Below are positions 63,261 through 64,000 of a DNA stretch of 64,000 bases, in pieces; the stretch's first letter is position 1; every line of letters starts with the position of its first letter. The notes under the pieces are model-generated. The model had not been told where the DNA came from and searched no databases. It worked only from the letters and a program-made list of their open reading frames with translations. The position numbers and the translations under genes are program-made. This DNA is from Nostoc sp. DedSLP01 (GTDB lineage: Bacteria > Cyanobacteriota > Cyanobacteriia > Cyanobacteriales > Nostocaceae), in the NCBI GenBank assembly GCA_034530875.2, contig JAVRCJ020000013.1, positions 64,001 through 128,000 of the forward strand. The letters are read 5' to 3'.

Positions 63261-64000
63261 TCAAAAATCTGCGCCCACAATTCCTAATTCTTGTAACTTC
63301 TTAACTCTTGTTTCTTCTGCCTCTAATAAGAGGTTGCCCATGCCATACAGAAGTTCCATTGTGCCTCGGTAACCAACTTTGGTAAACTGACCATTACCTA
63401 AGCGGTCGTAAATGGGCAATCCCAGGCGATAAAGAGGAATGCTAAGGCGTTTGGCGATCGCAGCAACATTTGAGTTACCAACTAGCAAATCCGAACCTGC
63501 TGCTAAACCCTCAAAGTCTTCTAAATCGCCAATGGTAATGCTTTTAACGGGGAGTTTTTCGAGTAAAGGCGATCGCGTCGTCGTCACCGCAGCATGAATC
63601 TGCGCTCCCATTGATTGCAGAAAATGGACTGTTGACCACAACAAATCGGGTTCCAGTGCTAAAGAAACTCGCTTCGCACCAAAATAAAAGTGCGTGTCTA
63701 ACATCGCATCTTGCAACTGACGACGTTGGCGGCGATACTTTTCCGGTACGCTATTACCACTGAGAACCGCCAATGCTTGGAGAAACTCGTCTACTGGTTC
63801 TAATCCAGTCACTTCCCCAAACACTTCGTAAGGCGTGCCAAACCTTTCTTCCAAAATCTTGGCAGCACCGCGCATACTCTCGCCTAAAGCCAAGATGAAA
63901 GCAGAACAACCAACTTCTCGCAGCTGTTTTAAGGTAGTTCCGCTAACTGTAACCGCGCTGTAATTATCTTCCAAATGTCCATCAAGGGAAGCGCCGATGT
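63261..64000 (-). CDS. nifN: NifN, C-terminal part (5'-truncated by window)
   Basis: SLDGH, DAMLDTH, GDLED, PIYDRLG motifs. Confidence 0.95.
   Translation of the reverse strand, partial: IGASLDGHLEDNYSAVTVSGTTLKQLREVGCSAFILALGESMRGAAKILEERFGTPYEVFGEVTGLEPVDEFLQALAVLSGNSVPEKYRRQRRQLQDAMLDTHFYFGAKRVSLALEPDLLWSTVHFLQSMGAQIHAAVTTTRSPLLEKLPVKSITIGDLEDFEGLAAGSDLLVGNSNVAAIAKRLSIPLYRLGLPIYDRLGNGQFTKVGYRGTMELLYGMGNLLLEAEETRVKKLQELGIVGADF

Overview
This window comes from a heterocyst-forming cyanobacterium (Nostocales), judged by dense HIP1 GCGATCGC sites, STRR heptamer repeats and gene content. 1-9.5 kb is housekeeping: tandem GNAT, ruvX, DUF3727, yqeG, proB, ROK kinase, Mut7-C. A decayed NB-ARC gene follows. 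From about 13 kb to the end runs a nitrogen-fixation supercluster: patB/cnfR, fdxB, cox2 oxidase, cysK, uncharacterised genes, the hyp operon with its five upstream ORFs, hupS, split hupL, hupW, and the distal nif operon (nifN, nifX, nifW, hesAB, fdxH, feoA). hupL is interrupted by a 5,866-bp xisC excision element bounded by perfect 16-bp direct repeats, and excision restores a 531-aa HupL. The element carries an ATPase-nuclease, a DUF433/DUF5615 TA pair and a cold-shock-domain fusion protein, and both ends have phased repeats that may be recombinase arm sites. The hupL-hupW interval is a TA-rich patch with two independent small-helical-protein + HNH gene pairs, a candidate undescribed TA/defence system. 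Other points: tiny HIP1-targeted insertions that frameshift or extend proteins, nested MITEs, an unannotated 55-aa ORF, a putative CnfR operator with 22-bp repeats, and a duplicated uncharacterised protein family lying behind two flavoenzymes. Family assignments are from recognition of motifs, not database searches.
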